A stretch of 64,000 nucleotides of DNA from Mobula hypostoma (lineage: Eukaryota). A program made the translations under genes and the position numbers. Shown here one piece after another: positions 61,749 to 64,000 of the stretch; position 1 is the stretch's first letter, and the number at the start of each line of letters is the position of its first letter. The stretch is taken from NCBI RefSeq assembly GCF_963921235.1, contig NC_086106.1, positions 23,126,001 through 23,190,000 of the forward strand. Direction: 5' to 3'. Under the pieces are notes generated by a model. That model was not told where the DNA came from. It saw only the letters and a program-made list of their open reading frames with translations, and ran no database searches.

Positions 61749-64000
61749 CGTCACTCGGCAGTGGCTCTCAAAGCGTTAAATCCGAAAACAGTTCTTAAAT
61801 CGACAGATTTGTACATTCACTTGGGAGAGACTTCCCTGGAGAAGGATTTCTTCATGGACGCGACTTTCCTGCTCCTTCTGTCCACAGGATTCACGATGCA
61901 GTAAATAAACAGTTTACAACAACTGACATTAAAATCCTTTAGAGAGCAAGCACACCTTTGCATGAACCTGTTGGTCTTTTTGGCAAGGGTTGTCTCGATG
62001 CAGGTCACTACTCCTCCAAAGAAGACTCAATAAGGTCGTTCTTTTATTAAATTGCCAAACGATGCCGACTCCTCTCGATCCTTCAGTCCTGTACTTCAAT
62101 ATATTCTTCACCCTCCCTTCTACTGATGGAATTGGGTAAATCAATACATCTAGCAAAAATGTCCGGTCCAATAACATGGTATCTTGCAATAAAACACAAT
62201 ACTCCGCTTTTAAATGAAAATGCGTCACAAAAACAGACACGCAACAGAAACGGAGACACAGCACGCTCTACCTGGAAATCTACAAACTAAAAAAAAAACA
62301 CTGCGTCATCTGGGTCGACCCTTATATATTCTTGGTGCACATGTCATTACGTGACCTCACATCGGCGGGAGAATCACAACAGGTGACCTCCAAAAGACCA
62401 TTACATTATTCTCACCAAAAAAAAAAACACAGATCTCCTTGAGCATGTAACACATCCCTCCAAAACAATTGTCTCTTAAAGGACAAAATTTTAACTATTA
62501 TCAATTTATACAAAAAAATACAAGGGTATAAAATTTACAAAATACAAAATACTTGCAATATTATCTTTAAGCCCTTTACAAACTAATGTACAGTAGGAGT
62601 GTTACAAATTTTAAAATATCACTCCAAAAAAACAAATTTTCATTGTACATTTAACATCTAGACAAACAATCAGCGATCACATTGTCTTTACCCTTAACAT
62701 GAGTGATCAAAATACTGTACTCCTGTAACATTAGACTGTTTTATTAAACTGGAGTGTAATTTCCTTAACCCTTTTCCTTAACAGTCACAGTGGCATGGCC
62801 AGATTCACTTTCTGCTAAGTTAATAAGCCTCCAACCTAATGGCATGAACACTGACTTCTCTAACTTCCGCTAATGCCCCACCTCCCCCTCGTACCCCATC
62901 CGTTATTTATACACACACATTCTTTCTGTCACTCTTCTTTTTCTCCCTCTGTCCCTCTGACTATACCCCTTGACCATCCTCTGGGTTCCTCCACCCCCCC
63001 CCCGGTTTTTCTTTCTCCTGGGCTTCCTGTCCCATGATCCTCTCGTATCCCTTTTGCAAATCACCTGTCCAGCTCTTGGCTCCATCCCTTCCCTTCCTGA
63101 CTTTTCCTATCATTTTGGATCTCCCCCCCCCCCTCCACTTTCAAATCTCTTACTAGCTCTTTCTTCAGTTGGTCTTGACAAAGGGTCCCGGCCTTAAACG
63201 TCTTCCTAGAGATACCTCTTCCTAAAGATGTACCTCTTCCTAGAGATGCTGCCTGACCTGCTGCGTTCACCAGCTACATTGATGAGTGCTGCTTGAATTT
63301 CTAGCATCTGCATAATTCCTCGTGTTTGCGAGGTTAATAGTTAAGTTAGCTTTTGAAAGTCACTCACATAATTACTCCACCGCCGTAATATGTGCTCTCC
63401 ACGTATTATTCCCTGTAATCAAATCATCAAATTAGGCATCTGTATCTTTTAATCCGTGAATCACGCTATTAATCATCCTCTGAAAAGTACCTGGTGTATT
63501 CTTTATACCAACTGGAAGAACGTTACATTCATATAAACCAGATGGGGTTACAAATGCTGAAATCTCTCTAACCTCTTTCCGTCAATAGAACACACCAATA
63601 ACCTTTTAACAAATCAATTCTTGTAAGGAATTTGGCCTGTGCAACTTTATCCACGCAATCATAGACTCTAGGGATTGGATATGCATTGGTCTTGGTACAT
63701 CGTACATAACCTAATACTGTTGTCTGGCTTAGGCACCGTAACACACTATGAACTCCAATTCGATTTCGAATGTCTATTAATAATTACATATACTAACATA
63801 TACTTAATTTCTTGTTCCGCACGTTCGCATTTTTCCCTGTTCATTTGATGCTGATGTTGTTTTATGGGTTTTGGATCTCTAACATCTACATCATGCGTAG
63901 CTATGGTGGTTCTTCTCGGGAAGTCTGGAAATAAATCTCTATATTTTAAAATTAACTGTCTCATCTGCTCTCTCTGCGCTGGCTGTAAATGAGTTAATTT
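61749..64000 (-). mobile_element. Gmr1-like Gypsy 3' half: RT, RNase H end, PPT, 3' LTR (about 62452-61749); runs off the window
   Basis: YPIPRV.DCVDKV..FLTRIDLLKGYW..TPSGLYE..PVGIKNTPGTFQRM (RT); LMLQEY..ITHVKGKDNVIADCLSRC* ends pol; GGAGGGATG precedes tgttacatg at 62452. Confidence 0.78.
62840..63330 (+). mobile_element. Penelope-type 3' terminal repeat inserted in the Gmr1-like pol
   Basis: ttccgctaatgccccacc...gtcttgacaaagggtcccggccttaaacgtc..gatgctgcctgacctgctgcgttcaccagc..cagcatctgca; the hammerhead core is mutated. Confidence 0.7.

Noticed and set aside
63165-63205. Active hammerhead in the Penelope end
   Set aside because: Core mutated (TTGACAA, TAAA).

Overview
Eukaryotic (vertebrate) genomic DNA. 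The CR1/L1/Rex1/Penelope/Gypsy repeat mix plus a TCR-type V segment is most consistent with a cartilaginous fish (inference, not searched). The large majority of the window is nested transposable elements. The only host gene-like unit is one TCR alpha/delta-type V segment on the minus strand (leader exon 50127-50076, V exon ending 49637) with a 23-spacer RSS whose heptamer is CATAGTG, so it is probably non-rearranging. Main points: (1) a degenerate PNMA-gag Gypsy element carries three intronless fragments resembling the sarcomeric myosin heavy chain rod (26581-26985), i.e. apparent host-mRNA capture; (2) a non-coding miniature LTR element with 1.4-2.3 kb repeat-filled LTRs, about 160 bp internal region, 5-bp TSDs and a Tf1/sushi-like self-priming signature occurs as a 3-LTR tandem array, a self-nested solo LTR and a related solo LTR; (3) Penelope-derived palindromes carry minimal hammerhead ribozyme motifs; (4) a full-length Gypsy (8262-12631) and two Gmr1-like Gypsy remnants. 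Most short ORFs in the supplied track are repeat artefacts. All protein comparisons were made by eye from recalled family consensus sequences; no database search was run.
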